DNA of 64,000 nucleotides from the human T2T-CHM13v2.0 reference genome, Homo sapiens, in the NCBI RefSeq assembly GCF_009914755.1, contig NC_060943.1, one strand, 5' to 3'. A program made the translations under genes and the position numbers. Position 1 is the first letter of the stretch; each line of letters begins with the position of its first letter. The notes beneath the pieces were generated by a model. It was not told the DNA's origin and did no database searches. It saw nothing but the letters and a program-made list of their open reading frames with translations. Below are positions 1-20,175 of this stretch, one piece after another.

Positions 1-46
1 ACAAAAATTAGCTGGGCGTGGTGGCACACGCCTGTAGTCTCAGCTA

Positions 47-230
<184 letters not shown>

Positions 231-1526
231 TCATTTCAAATTGGATGCCAAGGCTTCTTCGAAGACATGGCCTGGCTGTCGTTACACACTGTTCACTTGA
301 GGACGTTTCCACTGACTCTGTAATTGTCTTACAAAAGTTCTACATGTGTTCAATTTTATAATAAAATGCTATCAGCAGCTGGGCTTGGTGGCTCAGGCCT
401 ATACTCCCAGCACTTTGGGAGACTGAGGTGGGAGGACTGTTTGAGCCCAGAAGCTTGGGACCAGCCTGAGCAATATGGTGAAACCCTGTCTCTACAAAAA
501 ATACAAAAATTAGCCAGGCATGGTGGGGCACACCTGGAGTCCCAGCTACTCAGGAGGCTGAGGTGGGAGGATCATTTGAGCCCAGGAGGTTGAGGCTGTA
601 GTGAGCCACAATGTCACCACTGCACTCCAGCGTGGGTGACAGAGAGACGCCCTACCTCAAAAAAAAAAAAAAAAAAAAAGGCTGGGTGAGGTGGCTCACA
701 CCTGTAATCTCAGCACTTTGGGAGGCCAAGGCGGGAGGATCACTTGAGGTCAGGAGTTCATGAGCAGCCTGGCCAACATGGTGAAACCGCACCGCTACTA
801 AAAATACAAAAATTAGCCAGGTGTGGTGGTGCATGCCTGTAATCCCAGCTACTTGGGAGGCTGAGGCAGGAAAATCACTTAAACCCAGAGGCAGAGGTTG
901 CAGTGAGCTGAGATCAAGCCACTGCACTCTAGCCTGGGTGACAGAGTGAGACTGTCTCAAAAAAAAAATAAAAATAAGTAAGAACACAGCCAAATCACCA
1001 CTTTCAGCCCGTGTTAAAGGACAAAGGGGTGAGTGGTGGATTCTAGAAGATCTAGAAGTTTTTCTGTCCCACAAAGGGTCCCATGCAGAAAACAGGTATC
1101 AGTTAATGATTAGGGTCTCATGCAGAAAACAGGTATCAGTTAATGATTATCCTCATGATAAATTGTTCGTCAGTCCCCTAATCGGAATTGCCGCTTCTCT
1201 GTACTGTGGGTCGTATATTACAGAATGCGCATCTGTCTGATGCGCAGATACTAACAGGAGACGGAGCAGGGTCCCCCACTGTCACAAACTCTGCACCCTG
1301 CCTAAGTCAGTGCTAGTTTCATGAATGTTTTCAATCCACACCTTCGCCCACCTCACAATATGGCATGGGGCTGTGTGTGCGCCTTTCCCCTCATCCTAAT
1401 GGAAGATGCAACGTCTTCCGAGTTTGAGAGTTTTCCACAGCAGCCTTCTCGGGCTAAGCCATGGTATAACACCAGGCAGTGGCAGAAGGCAAAGAACACA
1501 TCCAAGACAATGACTGCCCTCACTAA

Positions 1527-1790
<264 letters not shown>

Positions 1791-2432
1791 TGATCCGCCC
1801 ACCTCAGCCACCCAAAGTGCTAGGATTACAGGTGTGAGCCACCGCGCCCGGCTCTTTTTTTTTTTTTTTTTTTTTTCCAGACAGGGTCTAGCTCTGTTGC
1901 CCAGGCTGGAGTGGAGTGGTACAGCCTCAAACTCGTGGGCTCAAGCGATTCTCCCCCCTCAGCCTCTCAAGTGGCTGGGACCACAGGTGCGCATCCCCAT
2001 GCCCGGCCTCATTATTTTACATTTACTAAAACCTGGGGCTGAAATAGGAACAATACCAATGCTGAGCTGGACACAGACGAGGCTGTTCGCAGCTGTCAGG
2101 TGACAATGTTGAACTGACTTCAGCTCTGTGCTCCTGGAAACCAGCAAAGGTGAAACCCCGTCCTGCTGTGCTCTGGAATTGGGACAGCCAGGACCCTCCC
2201 TTCCCATACGACTTAGATAAGATTCACGCAGATGACAAGGCCAGATTCAGACCCTCCGAAATCCCATTCTTTGTCATCAGAAATGATTCACTAGGTTAGG
2301 TGTGCCCAGGCTGGAGTGCAGTGGTGTGATCATGGCTCACTGCAACCTCTGCCTCCCGAGTTCAAGCAATTCTCCCTGCCTCAGCCTTCCAAGTAGCTGG
2401 GATTACAGGCACACACTACCACGCCCGGCTAA

Positions 2433-2594
<162 letters not shown>

Positions 2595-3171
2595 TGACGG
2601 TCACAGAGCTCTCCCCCTGCAGCTGTCTCCCTGTGGCTACAGCATTAGTCCCGCAGCTCAATCATCAACTGTCCCCATGCCCCTGTTGCTTATACCCCCA
2701 CCCCACTGCAATAGAACCTCAAGCCTCTGGCATTACTCTCCTGCCTCTAATCCAACTAACCCTTCTCCCTATTGCAACAGCCCCTTCTCCCCCTCCCCCA
2801 ATACCTCGCAATAATCCTTTTTCATAAAAGTTTCCTTACTACGTTTGGGTTTACACAAGCTTGACCACATGTTCGCAGCCTCCCGTTTCTTCCCCAAACT
2901 TTACTCAGCCTTCTGTCCTCTCCGCAGGCCCCTGAACTTTGGCCCCCCCGAGTCTGAGCAAGCAGTAAGTGTGGAGTCCCCTGTCACCTCCCCTGAGCTA
3001 GCTGACCACGAGGAGGTACATTTACTGTCAACCTCCTTTCTGCTTGTCCCCTAAAACGTTCCTCCAAACCTTTTCTTGTGTATGAAAGTAAAGCCTTTTC
3101 CTGGTTGATTTTGAGACCTGGCAGGTTTCGGAGGCTGGGGCTTATCCCTATTTTTCTCTCTCCTTCTCTAG

Positions 3172-3564
<393 letters not shown>

Positions 3565-3574
3565 TGACCACCAA

Positions 3575-4162
3575 GCCCCTGACGGCTCCTGCCCTCTCCT
3601 CCCACTCTCCCCGATCCCCTGACTGCCTCTACTGTCCCCCAACACATCCCTCGAGCCCGACTCCCTTTACTGTCCCCCCAAACTTCCCTCAAGCCCCTGA
3701 TCGCCTCTACTGCCCCCCTTAAAGTGCCCCTGAGCCCCTGACTGCTTCTGCTGTCCCCTCGAGCTGCCCCCAAACTCCCGACTGCAGCTACTGTCCCCCT
3801 AAACTGCCTTCGAGCCCCTGATCACCTGTCCCCCAAAACTGCCCCTTCAAACCCATGACCGCCTCTACGGCCCCCTCAAACTGTCCCCGAGTTCCTGACC
3901 GCTGCTATTGGCCCCCTAATCTGCCCTTGAGCCTGACTCCCTTCCACTGAACCCCCAAACTGCCGCCGAGCCCCTGACCGTGTCTGTTCCCGCAAACTGC
4001 CCCTGTGCCCCTTAAACCTCTACTGTCCACTTAAATTGCCTCAAGCCCCTGACCACCTCTGCTGTCCCCACAAGCTCTCCCCAAACTCCTGACCTGTACT
4101 GTCCCCAGAAACTACCCCTCGAGCCCCTGACCGCTTTTGCTGTCACCCCAGACTGCCCCCAG
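3575..4162. repeat. Degenerate minisatellite, about 14-15 units of about 37-41 bp
   Basis: Recurring unit resembling CCCCTGACCGCCTCTACTGTCCCCCAAACTGCCCCGAG. Confidence 0.8.
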
Positions 4163-4164
4163 CC

Positions 4165-5020
4165 CTACCCCTCGGCCGCTGTGACCACGTCCCCGGGGCC
4201 CAGGCGCTCGTCGTGCGCCGCCCCGCGCGTCCCTCAGCTTTCTCCGGCTGCGAACTCGGGCGGAAGCCGGTTCCTGCCGCCCCACCTCGCCCTGGGCCCG
4301 GGCTCGGCTCCCGCCCGGCACTCACCATGTCCCGCCCGCTCCTGGGCTCTCCAGGGTTAGCGCCCCGCGGTCCAGCGACCGGCGCAGGTGAGCACGACAG
4401 GACACCTGAGCCGCTCGGGGTAGGCGGGGAAGCGCGCAAGGCAGAGGGGAACTCGGCTTACCGTCCTCGGGGTCTGATTGGACAGATCTCGGGAAGTGGA
4501 GACTCTGATTGGACAGTGCTGTCGACTCCGCACCCCTGATTGGAGAATTCTCCAGTCCGTCCCCCTAGCGCCCTTGATTGGGCAGGGCTCCGCTTCGGAT
4601 TAACGTCTCTGATTGGACAGTTCCCTAGGCCCCGCCCCTGCCTGTCCTGATTGGATAATTCTCTCCTCAGTGACGGGCTCGTCGAGAACACGCGTGGCTG
4701 ACCCTCTAGCCGGGCAGCCGCGGATCTGGGAGAACTCACTCCAGTCCAGGGAGGGCGCGGCGTCCTCCTCCCTGACTGCACGGCAACTCCAGACTCAGTT
4801 TCCCCTCGGAGCGGCCCCTCGTGCGGGGAGGAGAGGAAGGGCACGGAGTCCCATGGGGCGGAGTCCTGCGTGGGGGCGGGACCCGCGTGCGTGACGTCAC
4901 CGTGCTGTCCCGCGTGGGCGCGGACGCCTGGGGTCCAGAGACCTGGAGATCTGGAGACCAGACGACGAGGCCCCAGGAGGCCGGACCCCACCAGGCGCTC
5001 CCTGTGTTCTTAAAACTCTC
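4165..5020 (-). promoter_or_regulatory. ZNF77: CpG-island promoter of putative ZNF77: six CCAAT boxes, GC boxes and a CRE
   Basis: ATTGG at 4477, 4508, 4539, 4577, 4612, 4650; GTGACGTCAC at 4891-4900; GGGGCGG boxes near 4855-4880. Confidence 0.8.
4326..4328 (-). CDS. ZNF77: Start codon at the end of exon 1 of a minus-strand gene, probably ZNF77 (KRAB zinc finger); exon 1 spans about 4326-4470
   Basis: Minus strand reads GGCGGGAC-ATG|GTGAGT inside a CpG island. An ATG-only first coding exon is typical of chr19 KRAB-ZNF genes. The name comes from recalled synteny with TLE6, not from protein sequence. Confidence 0.7.
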
Positions 5021-5093
5021 GGCCGGGCGCGGTGGTTCACGCCGGTAATCCCAGCACCGTGAGAGGCGGAGACCGGCGGATCATCAGAGGTCA

Positions 5094-5884
<791 letters not shown>

Positions 5885-6163
5885 ACAGTAAAAACATGAA
5901 TTACGACAATTATGTTTGTATGTAAAATGGCAAGCGATATAGAGTTTATACTTCTACTCTGTCTCAAGCTGGAAAGTCTTTTCGGAGATGAGCAGTCGCG
6001 TTCCAGGCTTTAGGAATTGCGGCTCAACTGAATAAAAGTATTCAGAATTTTCACGTCGAGTTCAAATTTATTTAAACTTCTATGATTATTTTCTCAAATG
6101 AGTTAAAATAAGAATTCAATTACCATAGGAACAGTACAGCCTTTTACTTTAAGAAATTCTCTA

Positions 6164-6280
<117 letters not shown>

Positions 6281-7025
6281 CTACTAAAAATATAAAAATT
6301 AGCCGGGCGTGGTGGCACATGCCTGTAATCCCAACTACTTGGGAGGCTGAGGCAGGAGAATCACTAGAGCCCGGGAGGCGGGGATTGCAGACCCAAGATC
6401 GCACCACTGCACTCCGCCTGGGTGACAGAGCGAGACTCCATCTCAAAACAAAAACAAACAAAAAAACGCCATTTGAACGACACGTTTTGTTTCCCCCCGC
6501 TTTATTATTTTTAAAAAGTACCATGGTGTACACATTGCATTACAATTGTTTTTGTGGCTCAATGAAAAAAATAAATCCTCCACCTCTCTTCATCTTAATA
6601 GGTGACTTCCTTACTCCTTACAGATGTAAGATGATGTAAGTTGATGTAACAAGGTCTCTCTAAATAGACAGTGGACTTGTTTCCAATCTTTTGCTACTCA
6701 AAGCTTGTCTTATGTTGCACCACCATGCCTGGCAGATTTTTGTATTTTTTGGTAGAGATGGGGTTTCACCATGCTGGCCAAGTTGGTCTGGAACTCCTGA
6801 CCTCAAGTGATCCGCTTGCCTCAGCCTTCATCAATGGATATTAATGAAGCTTAGGATACTCACATTGTGTCAAAGATAAGAGGCAAGGAAACTACAAAGA
6901 AATTGGAAGTGATAGGAAACAGTGGAATAACTGTCAGAGAGGAAGCAGTGGGAACAAAAGACAGGAAAGAAAAACATGCCTATTATCAGAGTCCCTGAAG
7001 AAGTAAACAGTAGCACAGCTTTTCA

Positions 7026-7334
<309 letters not shown>

Positions 7335-8156
7335 TCAAAAAAAAAAAAAAAAAAAAAAAGGAAAAGAAACACATAAATACTATAATAAATGTAGCAACGT
7401 ACCTTGCAGAAGATCCAAAGGTTGCTTGTGGAATTGGGCAAGGGAATCTAAATTTCCAGAGTTAGTATGCAGTGGTGGAGAGAGGGTTGTCGGAAATCTA
7501 ATGTTAAGTTTTAAAGCAGAGGAAACAGTGTGACTTGGTATTTGAGGTGTGTGCGCGCATTTTGTTTTCCTACCAGACTCTTCAGTTATGTGCAATTTCT
7601 TCTGTTCACTTAGTGTTTCTTAGGGTTGAAACTGAACATAAACAAATATGAAATTCGTGTTATACTCACATTACTCAACATATCAGGTAATTTGTGAAGA
7701 CAGAGATGTTTCCTGATCAATTGTTCTAGCCGACTGACAGCCAATATCTACATAGAATTATTTCAAAGTCGCAGGGTGCGGTGGCTCACGTCTGTAATCC
7801 CAGCACTTTGGGAGGCCGAGTTGGGCGGATCACAAGGTCAGGAGATCGAGACCATCCTGGCTAACATGGTGAAACCCCGTCTCTACTAAAAATACAAAAA
7901 ATCAGCTGGGCGTGGTGGCGAGTGCCTGTAGTCCCAGCTACTCGGAAGGCTGAGGCAGGAGAATGGCGTGAACCCAGGAGGCGGAGCTTGCGTTGAGCTG
8001 AGATCGCGCCATTGTACTCTATCCTGGGCAACAGAGCAAAACTCTGTCTCAAAAAAAAAAAAAAAAAAAGAATTATTTCAAAGTCAATTGAGTGGCTGGG
8101 GGCAGTGGCTTACGCCTGTAATCCCAGCACTTTGGGAGGCCGAGGCAGGCGGGTCA

Positions 8157-8420
<264 letters not shown>

Positions 8421-8839
8421 TTAAACACCTCCCAAATGCTATTTTAGAGAAAAATCTGTATTTTTATCTAAAAGTCCACACTTCATATTCGCACTTTAGA
8501 TAGTTAACAATCATTCCTTTATACCTAGCCCATAATCGTATTTCCTTCAATTATACCCCAAATGGTCTTTACAGCTGGTCCTCCGAAGATCCAACCCCAA
8601 ACCAGGTATTGCATCTTCTTTTATTTTATAGTATTATATGGTCATGTTGAATTTTTCTTTTGAGGTGTAGTCTATGAATTTTTGTGTATGTATAGCGTTA
8701 ACGGGTGAATTGCGTCCCCACAAATCCGTAAGGTGAAGGCCTAACCCACAGTACCTCAGAAGGTATTTGAAGATAGGCCTTTAAAGAGGCAATTCGATTA
8801 AAATGAGATTAAGGTGGGCTCAAATCCAAAAGACTGGCG

Positions 8840-9000
8840 TGCTATTCATTGCAGGGTGTTGAGCAGCACCCTAGACCTCCTCATCCACTGGATGCCAGTC
8901 GCCCCAACCCCATCCCCGGTTGTGACAACCAAGTCTGCAGACATTGTCCAGTGTCCCCTGGGCGTAAAATTTCTCCTCCCCTCTTTGATAATCACTGCTT
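8840..9000. mobile_element. MER20-like DNA transposon
   Basis: GGATGCCAGT...GTTGTGACAACCAA...CAGACATTG.CCA.TGTCCCCTGGG. Confidence 0.65.
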
Positions 9001-9799
9001 TAGACTCTATTTGGTCTTAGAGTCTTTTCTCTGAAGTCCATCATTTTATCCGCCGTAACCCTGCTGTCTTCACTTAAGGGGTCCAAGACGTTTACAGGAG
9101 GGTGATAATGGTGATGATGAGCTGCCAATAATAATCCACACACAGCACTATTTGACAAATGCAGGTAATGTTATGTATTTTACAGACCTGGAAACTGAGG
9201 CACTTAGGGGCTTGGCAACTTGCCTAATATCACCCGAGAGCTGATTAAGGCTTGGGGCCAGGACTGGGACCCCAGGATGAAGCCCAGCTGAGCAGAAAAC
9301 CTCTGTGCACAGGATGCAGCAATCAAGATAATAAAAATCAACTCCGACTGAGAAAGTATCTGCCTACACATTCATCAGGCTGGGAGGACAGACCCAGATG
9401 GTATCAGTTGGAAAATTAACAGAAAACAGTATTTTTGCCAAGAACACCTTTTTCTGAGCCATCAATGTCTTCTAGCTCGCTAAATGCCTTCCTTGCCCAT
9501 TACAATCATACACAGTGATTGACATTTTATCAGTAAGAATAAACTTCCCTTTTCCGGCCGGAGGGTCTGATTTTCTTGGACACAGAGAATCCGTCTCCAT
9601 TTCCAACCCAGGTGCAGGGCTCTGATAAGCGGTTTCCGGACATAACAATCTACAGCGGTCTTATCTTGTGGCTCCCAAGGAAACAGGTCCCGGCTGCACT
9701 TCGCAGCCCAGACCCGAGGGTGACCCCTTTACAAGCTTGCTCTTTGCCAAATGGAAACCACGCAGTATTTACATTTCACCTAAACCCCACCCTTCCCTC

Positions 9800-10460
9800 C
9801 AAATCCGATGGGTTACTCAGGCCTAGGATCCTCAGGCCTAGGGGGTCAAAACGCCCCGCGTCCCCAACCAAGACCCCTGAAGTCTAGCGGGGTTCCACTG
9901 GCCTCCGGAGCCTCCTCCCTGGGGCGCGGTGCCAGGACTTCGCCATTAAACGAGCCCGCCCCCTGCACTTTGAACTCTGCCCCCATCCTTTGACCCAAAC
10001 CCCCCTACGCCCCGGCATCGGAGTCCCCTTGCTTGGCCTCTGCCACGAAGATACGGGGCCAGGTCCAGCAGTACAAGGAGGAGAAACCGCTCTCACGGGA
10101 GGCGCTGCGGCCACTGAGGGAGACGGCCGCCGCGGGTCACAGACGGATGCTTCCGTTTCCGGTTCCGGGGCGGCTGGGAGCTGAAAAGTGGGCTAGTAAT
10201 GAGCTTGGGATTGGTGGAGCCTCAAAGATAGGCGGGACGACCTACGTCGTCCAATCGCTGAGCAGGAAAAGCTAGTTTCCGCCGTCTGGGAGATAATTGG
10301 CATTGTTGGCAGATCCGCCCCTCTAGGGCAAGTCTCGGGACAGAATCGCGCTGTGGGCGTGGCTTGTACTGGATCCTCCCCGGGGCGTGGCTAAAACAAG
10401 ACCGAGGTCCCGGGACGAGGTTGGGGGCGTGGTCTTTCGCGCAATCCTCCAACGCCCAAT
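9800..10460. promoter_or_regulatory. Orphan CpG-rich promoter-like element
   Basis: CpG enrichment; three tandem TTCCG ETS cores at 10151-10168; GGGCGTGG boxes near 10355, 10383 and 10425; several CCAAT/ATTGG. Confidence 0.6.
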
Positions 10461-10673
10461 TACCCTGATAAACAATAAACGCTAAAATAAGTAATAAATG
10501 CTCATTTCCTCCAGCCAACACATTCCTCGTGATAACATACTCCTGCACAAAGATATTCCCATTGTTGGGATTTTTCTTCCTTGAATGTCTGTTATTTCTT
10601 CCAGAAATAAGGTCATTTTTATGCATTTACATGTGGCTTTTCTTATTAATGAGTGCGTTGTGATGTTCCCTTC

Positions 10674-10692
10674 TGGCCACTAGATGGCCACG
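10674..10692 (+). promoter_or_regulatory. CTCF-like motif TGGCCACTAGATGGCCACG
   Basis: Matches CTCF core CCACYAGRKGGC; occupancy unknown. Confidence 0.55.
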
Positions 10693-10739
10693 TAGCTCAC
10701 ATTTTCAAATTCGCGGATATTTTGTTGTGTTGCTTTAGA

Positions 10740-11290
<551 letters not shown>

Positions 11291-11333
11291 AGAGTTTAGA
11301 CACAGGAAAAATGCAGGGGTCTTTGCCTTCCAT

Positions 11334-13410
<2,077 letters not shown>

Positions 13411-13531
13411 GGCCAGGCGCGGTGGCTCACACTTGTAATCCCAGCACTTTGGGAGGCCGAGGCAGGAGGATCACTTGAGGCCAGGAGTTCGAGAGCAGCC
13501 TGGCCAACATGGTAAAACTCCGTCTCCACTA

Positions 13532-14075
<544 letters not shown>

Positions 14076-14153
14076 AGGCTGAGGCGGGCGGATCACCTGA
14101 GGTCGGGAGTTCGAGACCAGCCTGATCAACACGGAGAAACCCCGTCTCTACTA

Positions 14154-14407
<254 letters not shown>

Positions 14408-14669
14408 CTATGTCCCAGACTCTGTTTTCTGCACTGGGAAACACAGCAGTAAACATCACACATATCCTTCTCTATATCCTTTAGATTCCAATAGGGAAGG
14501 ACAGAAAGTTAACCATGTTGATAAATAGCATGTTAATAGATATATCCCAGCCGGGCACGGTGGGTCATGCCTGTAATCCCAGCACTTTGGGAGGCCAAGG
14601 AGGGCAGATCACCTAAGGTCAGGAGTTCGAAACCAGCCTGGCCAACATGGTGAAACACCATCTCTACTA

Positions 14670-14924
<255 letters not shown>

Positions 14925-15252
14925 TCAAAGTCAGTGGATGCTCAAGACCCTGATATAAAATGGTGCAGTAACCAGACGCGGTGGCTCACGCCTATATTCC
15001 TAGCTCTTTGGGAGGCCAAGGTGGGAGGATTGCTTGAGCTCAGGAGTTTGAGACCAGCTTGTCCAACATAGTGAGACCTCATCTCTACAAAAAATACAAA
15101 TATTAACTGGGTGTGGTAGCTGGGGCCTGTGGTACTAGCTACTTGGGAGGCTGAGGTGAGAGGATCACTTAAGCCTGGGAGGCCAAGGCTGCAGTGAGCT
15201 GAGATCACACCATTGCCTCCTACCCTGGGGGACAGAGTGACAGCCTGTCTCA

Positions 15253-15555
<303 letters not shown>

Positions 15556-15798
15556 TTAAACAAAATAAATAAATTAATTAAAATAAAATAAAATGGTGCC
15601 GTATTTGTGTAAAACCTCCACACACCCTCCCATATACTGTAGATCAGTTCTAAGTTGCTTATAATAACTAGTGCAACATCAACGCTATGTAAATAGTTGT
15701 TATATTTTAAACTTTGCATTATTTTTCTTCTTGTATTGTTAATTTTATTGTTTTTATTAAAATGCTTTCTTCTTCTTTTCTCTCCATTTTTTTTTTAA

Positions 15799-16062
<264 letters not shown>

Positions 16063-16096
16063 TAGAATATATAATGACGTCAATGGAAAAATTGCA

Positions 16097-16430
<334 letters not shown>

Positions 16431-18001
16431 TGATCCGCCCGCCTCGGCCTCCTAAAGTGCTGGGATTACAGGTGTGAGCCACCGCACCCAGCCCACCACT
16501 TTGCTGTTCTTTGGAAATGTTCACAGAAGGCAAACAATGCTGTTTGCTCTGAGTTAAGGGGGAGAATATGCATATATTAAATACGCATGTCCATACACAC
16601 ACAGAGAAGGATAAAGCAACAGAAGGCACAAAAATAGCATGGGGGAAGCGCGGGGAAAGATGCGTTCAGGGGTTCTTGGTACTATTCTTCCAACTTTTCT
16701 GTAAGTTTGAAGTTATATCAAAGTAAAAAGTTGGGCTGGGTGCAGTAGGTCACACCTGTAATGCCAGTACTTTGGGAGGCTGGGGCAGGAGGATCGATTG
16801 AGCCCAGGAGTTTGAGATCTGCCTGGGCAACATAGCCAGACCCCATCTCTACAAAAAAATATGAAAATTAGCAAGTGTGGCAGCAGTACCTGCAGCCTCA
16901 TAGCTCACTAAAGCCTTGACCTCATGGGCTCAAGTGATCCTCCTACCTCAGCCTCCTGAGAAGTTGGGACTACAGGCACACGCCATCACACCCAGCTAAT
17001 TTTTCTTTTTATTCTTTTCTTTTCTTTTCTTTTTTGTGAGATGGAGTCTTGCTCTGTCGCCCAGGCTGGAGTGCAGTGGCGTGATCTTGGCTTACTGCAA
17101 CCTCCGCCTCCCAGGTTCAAGCAGTTCTCTGCCTCAGCCTCCTGAGTAGCTGGGATTGCAGGCACGTGCCACCACGCTCAGCTAATTTTTGTATTTTTAG
17201 TAGAGACGGGGTTTCACCATCTTGGCCAGGCTGGTCTTGAACTCCTGACCTCCTGATCCACCCGCCTCGGCTTCCCAAAGTATTGGGATTACAGGTGTGA
17301 GCCACGGTGCCCAGCCACGCCTGGCTAATTTTTCAATTTTCTTACATGTTGTCCAGGCTGGTCTCAAACTCTTGGTCTCAAGTGATCCTCCTGCCTTGGC
17401 CTCCCAAAGTGCCAGGTGCAGGAACCACTGCGCCTCGCCCTTTCAGGAATTTGAGAATAGTCTGTTGGCAGTTGAAGACGGGTCATCCAAAACAAAGTTG
17501 CTAACCTGAATCACCCAGAAGCTCTTTGCTTTTTGTATTTAATCCTGGATGTTATTCTTAAATTTATCGTGGTAAAAGCATTGTAATTGGACAATGACAG
17601 GGAAAATTCATTCATTTAGCTCCAAATGACCATTGCTTGCAATCTGCAGACAATGTATCCGTTTATTTTTCTTTTCTGGTTTCTAACGCTATTGGTATTC
17701 TCATCATAACATGGTTTTCTTACATTTCTATTAGCTTGTCTCTTTTTTTCACTGAAATTGTTATTGAGATAATTGTAGAATCATATGCAGTTCTAAGAAA
17801 TAACACAGACATTGGCCGGGCACGGTGGCTCACTCCTGTAATCTCAGCACTTTGGGGAGCTGAGGCAGGTGGATCACCTGAGGTCAGGAGTTTGAGAGCA
17901 GCCTGGCCAACATGGCAAAACCCTGTCTCTACAAAAAATACAAAAAAAAAAAAAAAAATTAGCCAGGCGTGGTGGCGGGCGCCTGTAATGCCAGCTACTC
18001 A

Positions 18002-18253
<252 letters not shown>

Positions 18254-18318
18254 TTACCACATCCCTGATATTGACGCTGTTAAAATCTATCCATCTTCTT
18301 CCCATGGCCCCATTTTAC

Positions 18319-18319
<1 letters not shown>

Positions 18320-18365
<46 letters not shown>
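18320..18365. repeat. (TG)n microsatellite
   Basis: About 23 TG units. Confidence 0.95.
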
Positions 18366-18367
<2 letters not shown>

Positions 18368-18695
18368 GTTAACCTGGGTAAGTCTGTGTATCCATCACAG
18401 TCAAGGTACAGAACTTTGTCCGCACCACAAGGATGTCCCCTTGGATCCTTCTACAATCACACCCACCTCCCTCTAACGCTCCCATCCCCCAAACCCATCA
18501 GGAAGCTCCCTAAAAAGATGTTAGTCTCCTAGGGATCCCCCAGGTTCTACTCCCCAGTCTGCTGAGCTAGAAGCCCAACGCTGGGGTCAGAAATCCGCAT
18601 ACTTAATAAGATGCCCAACTGACTCCAGGGCTGAAGATAGGATTGGTGCAAAAATTGAGCCCGGCTGGGTGCAGTGGTTCATGCCTATAATCTCA

Positions 18696-18815
<120 letters not shown>

Positions 18816-18817
18816 TC

Positions 18818-18972
18818 AAAAAAAAAAAGGAAGAAAAGAAAAAAGAAAGAAGGAAGGAAGGAAAAAGAAATAAAAGAAAGAAAGAAGGAAAGGAAGGAAG
18901 GAAGGGAGGGAGGGAGGGAGGGAGGGAGGGAGGCAGGCAGGCAGGCAGGCAGGCAAGCAAGCAAGCAAGCAG
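18818..18972. repeat. Compound purine-rich microsatellite from an Alu tail: A-rich, then GAAA/GGAA, GGGA, GGCA, GCAA
   Basis: Directly visible. Confidence 0.9.
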
Positions 18973-19142
18973 GCCAGACGCGATAACTCACACCTGTAAT
19001 CCCAGCACTTTCGGAGGCCGAGGCAGACGGATCACCTGAGGTCAGGAGTTCAAGACCAGCCTGGCCAACATGGTGAAACCCATCTCTACTAAAAATACAA
19101 AAATTAGCTGGGTGTGGTGGCGAGTGCCTGTAATCCCAGCTA

Positions 19143-19350
<208 letters not shown>

Positions 19351-19379
19351 TCAGCAGAGGAGGGACGGGATCTTACCTA

Positions 19380-19655
<276 letters not shown>

Positions 19656-19692
19656 TCACCATTGCAAATCCAAAAATAGAACGCTGAGCTTT

Positions 19693-19726
<34 letters not shown>

Positions 19727-19871
19727 CAAGGTCTCGCTCTGTAACCCAGGCTGGAGTGCAGTGACACAATCTTGGCTCACTGCAACCTCAGCCTCCCAGT
19801 TTCAAGAGATTGTCCTGCCTCAGCCTGTTGACTACCTGGGATTACAGGCATGCGCGACCATGCCCGGCTAA

Positions 19872-20175
<304 letters not shown>

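Noticed and set aside
1226-1246. Small hairpin TGCGCATC-TGTCT-GATGCGCA
   Set aside because: An 8-bp stem is expected by chance in 64 kb; no ncRNA features
3575-4162. Periodic ~39-bp array as a possible CRISPR-like locus
   Set aside because: Degenerate contiguous tandem units with no unique spacers, no cas genes, and a primate context
18849-18905. GGAA repeats as an EWS-FLI1-type response microsatellite
   Set aside because: Only short interrupted runs of a few consecutive GGAA units
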